NCBI GenBank assembly: GCA_040954595.2
Contig: CM082589.2
Location: forward strand, 8,068,232 to 8,132,231
Source of the DNA: Balanoglossus misakiensis
Taxonomy: Eukaryota > Animalia > Hemichordata
Direction: 5' to 3'
DNA length: 64,000 nucleotides
A model generated the notes under the pieces. It was not told where the DNA came from. It was given only the letters and a program-made list of their open reading frames with translations, and did no database searches. Of the stretch, positions 52,721 to 64,000 are shown piece by piece. How positions within the stretch are numbered: position 1 is the stretch's first letter; each line of letters starts with the position of its first letter. The position numbers were made by a program, and so were the translations under genes.

Positions 52721-52883
52721 ATGGCGAATAGCGCTGTGGAGAAGCTGTATCTGGTAGCTGCAGAGAAAGGCGACAAGAAAGCAATGAAATATGCCTTGGA
52801 ATATTGTAAAGGATTGAACGTGAACTGTACCGACGCCAACGGGAGAACTGCCCTGGTTATAGCCATACAGAATGGAAGTACAG
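52721..52883 (+). CDS. TRPC paralogue 2 coding exon 1
   Basis: MANSAVEK...QNGST G|gtttgt. An upstream acceptor ttgcag lies at 52600. Confidence 0.9.
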
Positions 52884-55800
52884 GTTTGTTCCTCCTTTTT
52901 AAGCTGAATTTAGTCGGCGTTTGGACAACTATCGAAGAGCCTTCTTTACTTTAAAGGGACAAAGTCTCTCTCTCGCTGCCCCTTTTCCATTAATTATGTT
53001 TGATGCAGGACTGTTTATGTTAATGTACATGTGGATACATAGTGAATCAACATTCAACCACACACAACTTCCATCCTACTTGTAGACATGAGGGTGAAAA
53101 AAAAAATCGCCAAAATGAATAATCGTTCTCTACCATTTATTCATTTGGGGCGAGTTTTTACTCTCAGAACCTTGTAGTGTACACTACGTATCATAACACT
53201 TCCTTTTATTAATTGATATGTGGCGGTTTATCAATCAGGCCCATACTAATCATGTCAACAATTTCTCCACGGACGGACGTGTGTATTGGTCCACCTTCAA
53301 TTCCAAGATAATTCTCCGCATACACAATGGCAAATCAATTTTGGTAGAGTTTAGCTGTTTGTCCAGTTTTCCTGACCTTTTCATGCTCTAAAGGTCAGCC
53401 TTTAACATTGTAACGTTCTACTGCCAATATTTGAATATAGTGAGACACGTGTACATGATATACGTGCTGTCTTTTCCGTTATATGTATTTATCAACTGTC
53501 TCTTGAGTCACATGCGAAATTCCTGATAATTTCATAAACATTTCAGTAGACACGGCTCGATGGGGCGGGGGGGGGGGGTGGGTGGGGGGGGGGTGGGCAA
53601 ATGGTTCACGATATTACCCAATAGGATTTTTTTCGCACGCCTTCTGGCATCAAAAATACAGACACGGTAACGTTTGTTTACAATCTCGGACTGCTTAATA
53701 TCTCATGGTGCAGTCATATTTTAAGTCAGATTAAGATCTGCACTGCATTTCATCAGATAATGAGCGGCAGGTGTTAACATATATCACTAATTGGAAAGCT
53801 CATGCATGAAATATGCAAATTTGCATGTTATTGATTCTGATTAAAGTGCAGGGGTCGTCGCGCCTAGTTTGTTTGTTGATATTAAACATATAATTCTCCC
53901 ACAAATTTCTTAATCATTAACAACTGAATCGCCGTACGGCCGAGGTCCGCAAATCCCGTATCAGGGCCATAAAAGTTTTATCACACAGCCATAAATATCA
54001 GTAAAACCCCCTGCCATGACCTGCATCGTCAACAGCAAATGCCCAGTTGTGAGGGCGCTTTTTCCCATAGAGTTACACAGGCACGCGAATCCAGGTATAT
54101 GATAATCTGAATTAGCAATCGTCTTTTATGATGTTATATCTTTTAAACACACTGCACAATTTATGAATGTTCTTCTGATAATCAGACCACACATCATTTT
54201 AATGAAGTCGTTTAGCGCGAAAAATTAATTTCTTCACTTTGTACGGCAATATTAATAAGCCTCGTACTCGATTTTCGTACTCAGTTTGTCCCACGCACAG
54301 TAAAGAGCTTTGGCATCCGACTCCCCTTAAATTATAATTGTAAATCTGATGACAACATCTGTATTAGAAGATGTTTCATACTGTGGTGCCAAATATTTTC
54401 ATGTCTGTTCTTACTAATAAAGATGTCGTTTTTTGGCGGCTCTCAATGGATCACTAAATTAAAACTGGGGAATAAATGATCAGGATCGGGATCAGAAACA
54501 AACCCATGGTCAATAAGAGAACCACCGTTATTAATAATTCATGCGGGCTGATTTATCATTTGTATAGAATCATAATTAGTTCAAAAATGCCTCAGAATTA
54601 AGTAAGACATCATACATTAATTTCAATTTATTAGAATAAGACATCTATAAGTGCGCGTTTTATGACAAGCACTTTCATATAAACATGCAGCGACTGACTT
54701 ACAGAACAGAACAAAACACCGCACCAGGAGAGTTCTCGAGAAAAAGATATCCTTTGTAAATTTTCCCTTTACGGGTTTTCATGGAAAGATTAAGCTAATC
54801 CTGCAAAATATTTACGTTCCTCTGAAATGAAGTACGCAATACATTAGGTTGGAAACGTCAATATTGGTCGATTCATAATCTTAGACCTAAATCATAATTC
54901 TATACAATTTCCTTTACCAAAATGGCCGCGTATGCCTGTTCTGTTATTTACACAGATATGTTCTTGCTAGCAGATGTGATCAGCCATGCATAAAGTATTG
55001 CATGATGTCGACATTGACCTCGATGTTGACCCCTAACACTGAGCGCAATTTCCTTTTGATATTGCCATTCTGCGAGTACTTACACCTGTCCTGTTACTTA
55101 TCACCGGAAAACATTGCGATGGCATCGATCGTTGCATCTGTCAACCAGATATCGATTCATGATCTTGTTAGAGTTAATCAAACTCTGCTTCAAGATAAAC
55201 ATTATAATTAAAATGCACACAATGCAGTATTTCTGAGGCGCCGAAGGCTTCTTTTTGGCATAAAATTACGAAAGCAAATCAGTGAGATAAAATGCATTAT
55301 GGAAGGACAATGTTTTCCCTCTTCACCGATGACTCTGTCTTTACAAACTGTCAGAAATTCATTCCATACATTTCCTCAATTTCACATCAATATCCGTTTC
55401 TATGGTGAATGTAGAGCAAAATGTAAAAAAAGGCGAAAGGAATTTTATTGGAATACGGCAGCTGCTTTCAATCAATTGAAATAGCTAGTCTTGACTTATT
55501 GTGCTCTATTTGTCGAATTGATTAGCAGGCATTCGATTACGGAAACACATGTCTCTATAAACTGGCCTAATCTATGAGACTGACATCCGGTCGGATATGT
55601 GGCCACATTGCTAACAACGTTGATGTCGACATGATGAATTTCTTAATATGAAATCATAATAGATGGTGGTGGTGAATGGTCGATGGGACCCCGTTTCATT
55701 CTGATTTGTATGTCATTAATTTTCCAATTATAAATCATGGGCGGATATTGTTGACAATCTCTGTCATCGGTAATGGAATAGACAAAATAGAATCCTTGAC

Positions 55801-56425
55801 AACGACTAATCGCAGATTTCTTCCAAGACAGAATGTCACTTCACAATCATCAGTTGATGTTACCATTTACATGGAAAGCAACCGATAAGCTTGTTCACTT
55901 CCACGTGAAATGAATTACCAAATAACTAATTATCCCCGATATAGCCTGTAGCATGTTTATATTAAGTTTTCTTCTTGCAATCGTTGGAAGTGTGTCAATA
56001 TCCTGCCATAACATCATCCACGCTATTATAAACATACTTTTAGTAAACATATTGTCATATAATCGCCGATAGTTCTAAAGATCCTATAAGTTTAAAAACT
56101 CTCCCATGATATTTGACTGACGTTCTGCCTATAGTCTATTTGTAAACTGTTTTAACAACGACTTTCGTCGTTACTAATATCAATGACCAGTTAGGCTATA
56201 GAGAAATGGCTGAATATTTAAACAATGTACAATTTGAAAACAATGCTTCACAGCTGTTTCGAGGTTCTAAAACTCGTTTAGTTTATCAGCAGTACTGACT
56301 ATCTTAAAGAACTCAGTATCTTAAAGAAAACCAGCGACTTCCCCTGTGTTACGAGCCTTTCTTTGCGTCTCACCCTCCTTGTCTGTGCTTTTATACTCCG
56401 TCTCCCCGTCTGTCCATTTGCTTCT

Positions 56426-56456
<31 letters not shown>

Positions 56457-57361
56457 CGTCTGTCTATCTGTCTGTCTACCGGCCGGTAACTCACTCTCTC
56501 CATCAACCGTTCACTATTTATATCTCTTTCTCAACATTCAAATTACATATCATGCGGGCTTTTAAAGACGTTATTTGATATCTATTCCATCCACGCTTAA
56601 TTCATTTTAGACTCTCATTCCAGTGGTAGCGCAGATTTGAATACAATACACAAAGTAGGTGCCTATAGTGACAGATGTCGTTTTGGAATTATTTCAAATT
56701 TTTTCATCACTTACAAAATAATGCGATCGAGCAGAATTTCCAGGCGATGACTTCTGACTGTGTGTCATTTAAATTAAGAAATCTTCCCCACCACGCTGGT
56801 AGAATACTCCCAGTGTGTAAAACTTTCCTCCGTAAAATCCTAAGCTCTGCCATATCAAGCTATAATATAACACTATTTATACTGGTTAACATAACATATC
56901 AGTATAATGCTTTGCTCATTTTTGACATTCTTTTGTCACATTCCTCTGGAATTTATTATTATAGTAATGACTGACAGCGGGCGTTGGATAAATATCTGCT
57001 GAGATGTCGCTTGCATGACCTGTTAGATATATCTTCTTGCATTCTGTCCGGGAGACTCCCGCTACCGATGACGCAGTTGCTATGGATACACAGTGACTTG
57101 GTATTGCATGGCACTGTACAGTGGCGTGGGATTAAATGATAACTGCTTATTCGACAATATCCCTGCCAACTTGTTTGTGATGTGGAGTGCTTCTGCATAT
57201 CGGGAACTCGCCAAACATCAAGACAAAACATAATCTTCCAAACTTCAAAACTTTTCAACTGTGGCCACCACCAGTGCATCAACGATTTCGTTGTCTAAAC
57301 ATCAATCTATACGTATTTAATTACAACTTTACAATCTGAATCCAAAATAATGATTTAGTTC

Positions 57362-57410
<49 letters not shown>

Positions 57411-60400
57411 CTTGTCAAGGACTACTACAGACAACGGAATATTGATAGTAAACACATGAGAAATGCAATCCGAACTGACTAAGATATTCCAATCACTTTG
57501 CAGATATCATGAAACTGTTGTTGGCTTTCAACGTTGACTTGGGGGACGCACTCCTCAGAGCTGTTGACATGCAAATAAAGCAAATGGTGGAACTGATTTG
57601 TGATTATATCAAAAAGAAAAAGAGGAAGGTAGGTGATGGTTACTCAAGCCGAGCCTAAACTACTTTCTTTATGATAATAAAATTCATGATGCAGGTCAAG
57701 AAGGTCACAGCTAATTATAAATGAAAGTTAATTGTTTGTCAGGCAAAAATCTTACTGTATAATACAAGACTTTCATCGCAGACCTAAACCAAGCCTAGGG
57801 AAAATATAAAACAAACGCCAATGGATTTCATAGTGCTATTATTGTTATTCAAACTGAATAAATTATGCAATCTTTTTGTAGTCAAAACGGAGTCATATGG
57901 TTACATCATGAATGTTTGCTAGTAAAAAAAAATCATATATGCATTATACAATCCACACGCGAATGTGCGTTTTGCGATTACGTCTTTGATACAGGGAGAC
58001 ATTATAGGGAAATTGAGCGAACCCTAATTACTGAAGTATGTGCGGCATATGCTACATTACGGGATCTGATAGATATGCTACAAGGGTTTTGATAGGGCAT
58101 GGCGCTGTTGGCATATGCTGCGCGCATACATTTCTGGCTTTTTGGGTACGTTCGGAACTAGACTCTATCACAGCCCCTCTCGTCTCTCCTTTGCTAAACG
58201 GTTGAGGGCGCGTAAGTGAAGAGCCTTGTAGCGAACCGTGGGCTTTGAGAGAGTCTAGGTCTGAACTCGGCGTTACATTATGGCAAGAAAACATAATCTG
58301 GCACCCATCCATTTTTTATGTTTGTCATACCATAGGATGCTCTTAACTGTCGATCATTGAATGAAGATTTTCACCCGGACATCACACCAATAATACTAGC
58401 AGCGCACCATAACAATTACGACATCATCAAAATTCTTCTCGAGTGTGGAGCTGAAATAAAAGACCCAGAGACTTATGAATTTCAGTCAGAAGAATACACG
58501 CTAGAACATTCTCTTGGCACTGTTAATATTTACAAGGCACTGGCGAGTGAAGCCTATATTTCACTCACCAGCAAAGACCCTATAAATACTGCATTTGAAC
58601 TCAGTTCTAAACTACGGGAATTGAGCGAAAGAGATTACGAGTTCCGATTCCAGTACGCCGACCTGGCTCACCAGTGTGAGGTGTTCGGCGCGAACATTCT
58701 TCGCTTCGTGAGAGACTCACGGGAACAGAACACTGTATTGTGTACAGATCCTGTAGAAATCATGGCAAGTGATAGCATCGATGAAGAGATGCCTTATAAA
58801 GTGAAAAGTGCTATACGATATGGCCAGAAATTGGTAAGATTCAAATGTCTTTCGTTCATCTACACGATATTGTGTACATTTGGTTTTAATTTACTACACT
58901 ACTTCCCGCAGCTTGCAGTTCGGATGCGTTTATATTTGTTCGACTTTGGTGTTGTTGTCGCTACATCCGAGGTTCAACACCATTGGCGTCCAAATAGAAA
59001 TATGCGGTAACTTCTGTAGTAATGGGCTCCCTCCCCCCAAAGGATACATCTGGTCAATCTGATTAAAATCAGGTGTAGGGAACGGCGACGTCTTTTACCT
59101 ACGCGGTACGGTATTCTTACGCTGTCGCCTCATAATACCGTACCGCGTTAGTAATAGACGTCGCCGTTCCCTACACCTGATTTTAATCAGATTGACATCT
59201 GACTATTTTCATTATTTTCTTTCAGTTTGTTACCCATCCAAATTGTCAACAACTGCTGATCGAAAAGTGGTACCATGGATTGACCGATTGGAGACAACAA
59301 AGCATGTTGAGAGCGTTCTTCTTGACTGTTATCTTCGCCATGTCTTTTCCTGTATTTTCACTGGCCTACATTGTCGCACCAAATCACAAATTCTCTCGTT
59401 TCTTGAAAATCCCATTCGTGAAATTTCTGTCCAACATTGCATCGGCCTTGACCTTTCTGCTTATACTGGGTATGCAGACAATTAACTTCAGCGGCGGTCC
59501 AGAAGGCCACGAGAGTGAAAACCCAAAATTGACTGACGAAAACAAAAATGCATCATTTACCGTTCAGGAGTGGGTGATTGTATTTTGGATAATTGGTAAG
59601 TCAAATGGTCACTCAATTTGTTCTCAAGTAAAATATTTTTATTTGATTTTGGTACGGTCATGAAGGAAGACTATGAAAACTTGAGACAGATATGCGGCTA
59701 GAATAACTGCGTTCGTTCGCATATTTGCAAATCCAGCTATAGCTGTATTGTCAGCAGAAACGAGGATATCTCCTGATGAAAAGTGACGTAGGAGTGGGCA
59801 GGTCGTTCATGGGTGCAGTTCTCGTTCACGCAAAAAAACCAAAATATTTTATTCTGTGTTCGTTGAGGGCGTCGCGTTTATGCCAGGTTATCCATACACA
59901 TTATTGTTCTATGACGCCCGTGGTTTAACAAGGCTACCGGCAATACATAGACTTTTAACAGCATTGTGTATAAGACTCCAAATTTCCTGACGGATAATGA
60001 AACTAAAATATATCTGTAACAGTGTATTCTATCCGATGCACACATCTTGGAGATTTCTTTCATGAACATGTTAGCCATCTTTGTTGCTATCCAGGTATGA
60101 CGTGGGAAGAAATATCAACCGTTTTGAAAGATGGGTCACGTGGTATAATTGACAACTTACAAATGAAGCTATTGGATTATTCTACATTGCTGTTATTCTG
60201 GGCCTGGATATGTTTACGAATAGTTTTCAATTTTGAGGTGAATATCAAGTCCATCGATAATTTCGTTTCAACTACTCGGGAGAACTTCGTCAACTTTGGG
60301 AGACAGAAACAGGTGGCTCGATTTACGAGATTCTCTCATCACATATCGGGGTTTTTAATAGATTGGCTAAGTGTAGTTACGCCGGTCAGACTGACAAAAA

Positions 60401-63400
60401 GATCTGGACACCAACTAGTTTACAAAAGCCCTGTTCCACAAGATGGATGCGTATGGATGTCTTCGATTCCGATCCACAGTTTGATATTGGCAAGGTAGAC
60501 CTACTATACTTAAAAAAGGCCGTGGTTGTTTGGTGCTAGTGCAATTTCCTCCTAGTTGCTAAATTATACACATACTACTGCATAATTATCATAATATTCA
60601 ACTTATCCTAATTTGCACTGACAGGCGAAGGTCGTAGTCCACTGAGTCTGGTTGTAACCATTACCACAGTTAAATGCCACCATGTCCGAGTAATCCTGGG
60701 ACAGCTGACCCGTATGCAATGAGACTTGGGCTTGTGTCACTGATCAAAAATGTTTTTTTTTCTCTTTCAATATAATTTGTTGTAAGACGATTAATGAAGC
60801 TGGCTACTATGATACCCGGTATCCAACTCCTAACGATAGCCATGGACTTATGAATAACGGAATGCTGACCAAGGCAACAGAAGACGTTATTTTGACCGAT
60901 TATCCCGCCACAGATTCCACAGTCACGCATCTCACCTCGGTCGCCATTCTTCAAGCCAGTGTCTCATACGCAGACATCGTTTCCAGAGTATTCTTCGCCG
61001 TTGCCAAAGTGTTCAGCTTCCTCCGTCTCATTCGTATCACAGTTGTGAGTCTTCAACTGGGACCGCTGCAAATCTCATTGGGTCGTATGTTCCAAGATAT
61101 TTCAAAGTTTATGATGATATTCTGCCTAGTTTGGGTGGCGTTTTCTGTCGGTTTGAATCAGCTATACTGGTACCACGCCCTCACCGCCGAGATTAAGTGT
61201 AAAAATGGTCATGGAGACGACTGTTTACAGCCATTTGCAACGTAAGTCATTTCAGTACTTGCAGTCGGGGAAACTGTATTCGTAGAGTCTAAGACAAAGT
61301 CATCTCCAATTTACATATCGCCATACACGTATAGCTGAAATGGCATATTTGAGTGATCTAAAGAACGTATGGTGGCGCTCTTTTTTCCCGTGTGTCACCC
61401 ACTGAAAATCTGTGATTGGTTAGATCTCGATTTACCATGGTACTGAAGCTAAATTTGCATAGGTGACCGTATACCTTTAATATAACTATTGCTAGAATAA
61501 AATATTTCTTTAGATATTAAATATATTTGACTACTTCAACACCAGAGTTAAGTTTTCCACCAAAATGATTCATCATTTTACAGATATCTTTATAGAAATC
61601 GTTTGTATTTCTTTGTTTTCAGGATGGGAGAAACTATGAACACATTATTTTGGGCAATATTCGGGGTGACCAAGTTGGACAGTCTCATCATTGAAGGCCG
61701 TGATCGATGGTTCGTTGAAGGCGTTGGACAAACTCTGTACGGTGCTTATCACGTGATTGGTATCATTGTATTATTGAATATTCTAATTGCTATGATGACA
61801 AAGACCTACACCAAAATTGAGGTAGGTATGACGTAATTGGAAGCTATAGCCATGTATATCATTGTTATACAGTTTTGTTCCGAAAAACGATTAGAATAAT
61901 CGATTGGGGGTCAACTCGAGCTCATCAGTATGGAGTGACCGTGATTACACATATTCCACATCTATCTACAACGCATAAACAATGTTTAAAACAATAATTC
62001 TTATATGTGCACTGCCATAGTTTCCATGTCTTTCATATATACACCCACTTCGCCATTGCTCGGACGCCTCGACCAAAATGGCCACAATGTAACACAAGGA
62101 CCCAGCTATACTGATTGACTAATTTTACATTCACAAGAGGTGGCCCAACATCCGCTATTACGGGGGTGAGATCCCCTCCAAAATCCATTTTTTTTTCAAT
62201 TAATTTGTAATTATTTCATTATTTCTTATTCTTTGCAATTTCTGAATAATTGCTTCACATGGTAAGATATCTTTCAACAAAAAATGCCTCAATAAGTTAC
62301 ATTCCACCATTTTCACAATTGTACGGGATATCTCATATTTGCAGGAAGACGCCGACATTCAGTGGAAATATTCCCGCTCAGAGTTATGGATGAGTTATTT
62401 CGGTGAGGGCGCTGCTCTGCCTCCTCCGTTTAATTTGCTGCCAAGCAGACTTTCTCTGCAGAACTGTTTTTATCGTCTGAAGCAAGGTTTATGCAAAGTA
62501 TCAGATCAAGCAGCACTGGTAAGTTTTTTTTACATTTTGAAATGCTACTCAAACTCTTCTTGTGTGAGTCCAACGTCATTATCATGTAAAGTTCAGGAGA
62601 TCAAAAACTGATGGGAAGTCAACAATATTGTAATCGTCATAGCGGTACATATGTGGTTTCCGAAAACCACATATGTGTGACTAGTATGTAAAGGTGTCCA
62701 TATATAAAACGACACCAGATTGGAAACATCTTCTCTTTCAGGAGAATGTATTTTTAAATTCCAACATTCTAAATCTACTCTGCTATTATCTATTTGTAGC
62801 AAAGACAGTCCGTGGTTGAAGTAAAGTTAAAGGAATACCAGGTAAGACTGGATAACTTGTGAAAAGATTTATTGCAGAAACTAATAAGCTTTGTCTACAG
62901 TTTGAAAATGTTCTTGTCATTTTATCATATCTTCAAAGTCCCATTTGTACCGAATTAAATTATCAAGAAAAAACATCAAAGCGGAGACATATAATTGTTT
63001 TGTCAGGCCGTTTTTGTCTACAGAAAACAATGCTAAACTCACCAACCTTGACGTGTTGTTTGTTTGATGGAGTTCAACAATCGATTTCAATTTGATAGGA
63101 TGGAAATTGACTGCGCACACACTTTGATTTACAGGACGTCGTACAAGACGCTGTCAGACGCTATCACTTCGAAAAGCAACGAGACGAAGAAGAAGAAGCA
63201 GATCCGTGGCTAGTTCAGTTAAAGCAAGACATTTCCGGTTTCAAATACGACATGTTTGAAGCTCTCGGAGAAATGGACAATAAGATCAACCACGTACAGG
63301 CGAAAGTTGAAGATCGTGACGTCACCGAAACTCGCGGTGGCCCGGGCAGCGAGATGTTCCATCTGCTACAAGATGCCGTTTCGGCCGAGCCCCCGGATCG

Positions 63401-63557
63401 ATATGCCTCGCTGCAGTTCATTGATGAGGAAGAGGAGGAGGAGGAGGAGAATCAAGACAGAGGATCTCGATTTACATTGTCCAGTATTCAATCACCAAGT
63501 ACTGCAACCGCTTTGAGTCAGCCTGTTAGCCGTGCCCCCAGTTTTCCAATCATTTAA
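52721..63557 (+). CDS. TRPC-family cation channel, paralogue 2, 863 aa; join(52721..52883,57504..57628,58336..58833,59226..59595,60095..60237,60787..61241,61623..61821,62345..62518,62800..62841,63135..63557)
   Basis: GT-AG introns, 2592 nt open, with the same phases as paralogue 1. Motifs: [73 protein letters not shown] and [12 protein letters not shown]. The exon 6 acceptor (60786) is the least certain junction. Confidence 0.92.
52955..53165. mobile_element. MITE family A copy, right-truncated (intron 1 of TRPC paralogue 2)
   Basis: TTAA|AGGGACAAAGTCTCTCTCTCGCTGCCCC... continuing through the central palindrome. Confidence 0.85.
56423..56478. repeat. (TCTG)n microsatellite
   Basis: Direct reading. 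Confidence 0.9.
57361..57410. repeat. (GACA)n microsatellite
   Basis: Direct reading. Confidence 0.95.
57504..57628 (+). CDS. TRPC paralogue 2 coding exon 2
   Basis: ttgcag|...[41 protein letters not shown]|gtaggt; 125 nt. Confidence 0.9.
58336..58833 (+). CDS. TRPC paralogue 2 coding exon 3
   Basis: ccatag|[14 protein letters not shown]...YGQKL|gtaaga. Confidence 0.92.
59053..59196. mobile_element. 144-bp near-perfect foldback (miniature inverted-repeat element)
   Basis: Arms of ~63 bp with 3 mismatches surround an 18-nt loop. The direct repeat ACATCTG at 59046 and 59195 is a possible target-site duplication. Confidence 0.75.
59226..59595 (+). CDS. TRPC paralogue 2 coding exon 4
   Basis: tttcag|FVTHPNCQQ...[10 protein letters not shown]|gtaagt; 370 nt. 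Confidence 0.92.
60095..60237 (+). CDS. TRPC paralogue 2 coding exon 5
   Basis: atccag|GMTWEEI...IVFNFE|gtgaat; 143 nt. Confidence 0.9.
60787..61241 (+). CDS. TRPC paralogue 2 coding exon 6
   Basis: A pyrimidine tract, then tgtaag|TINEAGYY...CLQPFA|gtaagt. The 5' boundary is less certain. Confidence 0.82.
61623..61821 (+). CDS. TRPC paralogue 2 coding exon 7
   Basis: tttcag|...[10 protein letters not shown]...TYTKIE|gtaggt; 199 nt. Confidence 0.92.
62345..62518 (+). CDS. TRPC paralogue 2 coding exon 8
   Basis: ttgcag|[11 protein letters not shown]...DQAAL|gtaagt; 174 nt. Confidence 0.92.
62800..62841 (+). CDS. TRPC paralogue 2 coding exon 9 (42-nt micro-exon)
   Basis: ttgtag|[14 protein letters not shown]|gtaaga. 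Confidence 0.82.
63135..63557 (+). CDS. TRPC paralogue 2 last coding exon
   Basis: ttacag|[12 protein letters not shown]...SFPII*. A candidate AATAAA lies at 63720. Confidence 0.9.
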   Translation, partial: DVVQDAVRRYHFEKQRDEEEEADPWLVQLKQDISGFKYDMFEALGEMDNKINHVQAKVEDRDVTETRGGPGSEMFHLLQDAVSAEPPDRYASLQFIDEEEEEEEENQDRGSRFTLSSIQSPSTATALSQPVSRAPSFPII

Positions 63558-64000
63558 GAGTTCTCTAATTAAGGATGTACGCGCAGAACTTACACTGGTA
63601 AACAGTGCGTGTGCGTCTCTTTCTAATAGGATTACATTGATAATTGCTAGAAAACATACCTACTATTGTCAATGTCACGAACTTTTACACACAGTTCAGT
63701 CAACTTAATTCAATGGTCAAATAAAACCATATGGTCACCGCGCTCTATTTTAAGATAAATTTCGTTAAAATTGCTGCCCATAGACAAACCATCGATGAAA
63801 AATACTGAGTCAGCAGTTTTCTTCTATTATCAACTGAATACATGGCATGGCTCTGTATTTCAAAAACCACAATTCAAAGAAATGACAATCCATTCAATTT
63901 TACTGAACGTACATCCTTAAGTATTTACCCATGATTTTCTTGTTCACTCAAACGTGAACTTGTCTTTAATCAATGTGCTTTTTAATCTTGAGTTAGGAAA

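Noticed and set aside
56959-57282. GC-richer, coding-looking segment in intron 1 of paralogue 2
   Set aside because: No recognisable protein motif in the frames examined; possibly an unidentified repeat fragment.
60625-60786. Alternative upstream acceptor (60624) for exon 6 of paralogue 2
   Set aside because: In-frame stops (TGA, TAA, TAA) occur before 60787.

Overview
This is AT-rich, intron-containing animal DNA, probably from a marine invertebrate deuterostome (inference only). There are no prokaryotic features such as operons, CRISPR arrays, rRNA or tRNA. Main content: (1) a single-coding-exon class A peptide-type GPCR on the minus strand (3144-4349). (2) Two complete tandem TRPC-family channel paralogues on the plus strand, hand-spliced into 10 coding exons each with identical intron phases (28174-43869, 879 aa; 52721-63557, 863 aa). 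(3) A frameshifted two-pore-domain K+ channel (K2P) pseudogene just upstream of the first TRPC gene, not evident from the ORF track. (4) Decayed Penelope-like and L2/CR1-like retroelements, several MITE families (including six copies of a TTAA-flanked foldback element) and microsatellites. The most notable signal is that both intact TRPC paralogues have rewritten normally conserved sites. They lack the His/Cys3 zinc motif, have Lys in the S2-S3 Ca2+ site, have QWKYSR for the TRP box, carry a long Ser/Thr-rich S3-S4 loop, and have Gln or Lys at the outer filter position. This suggests a divergent TRPC subfamily. All family assignments come from motif recognition by eye; no searches were run.
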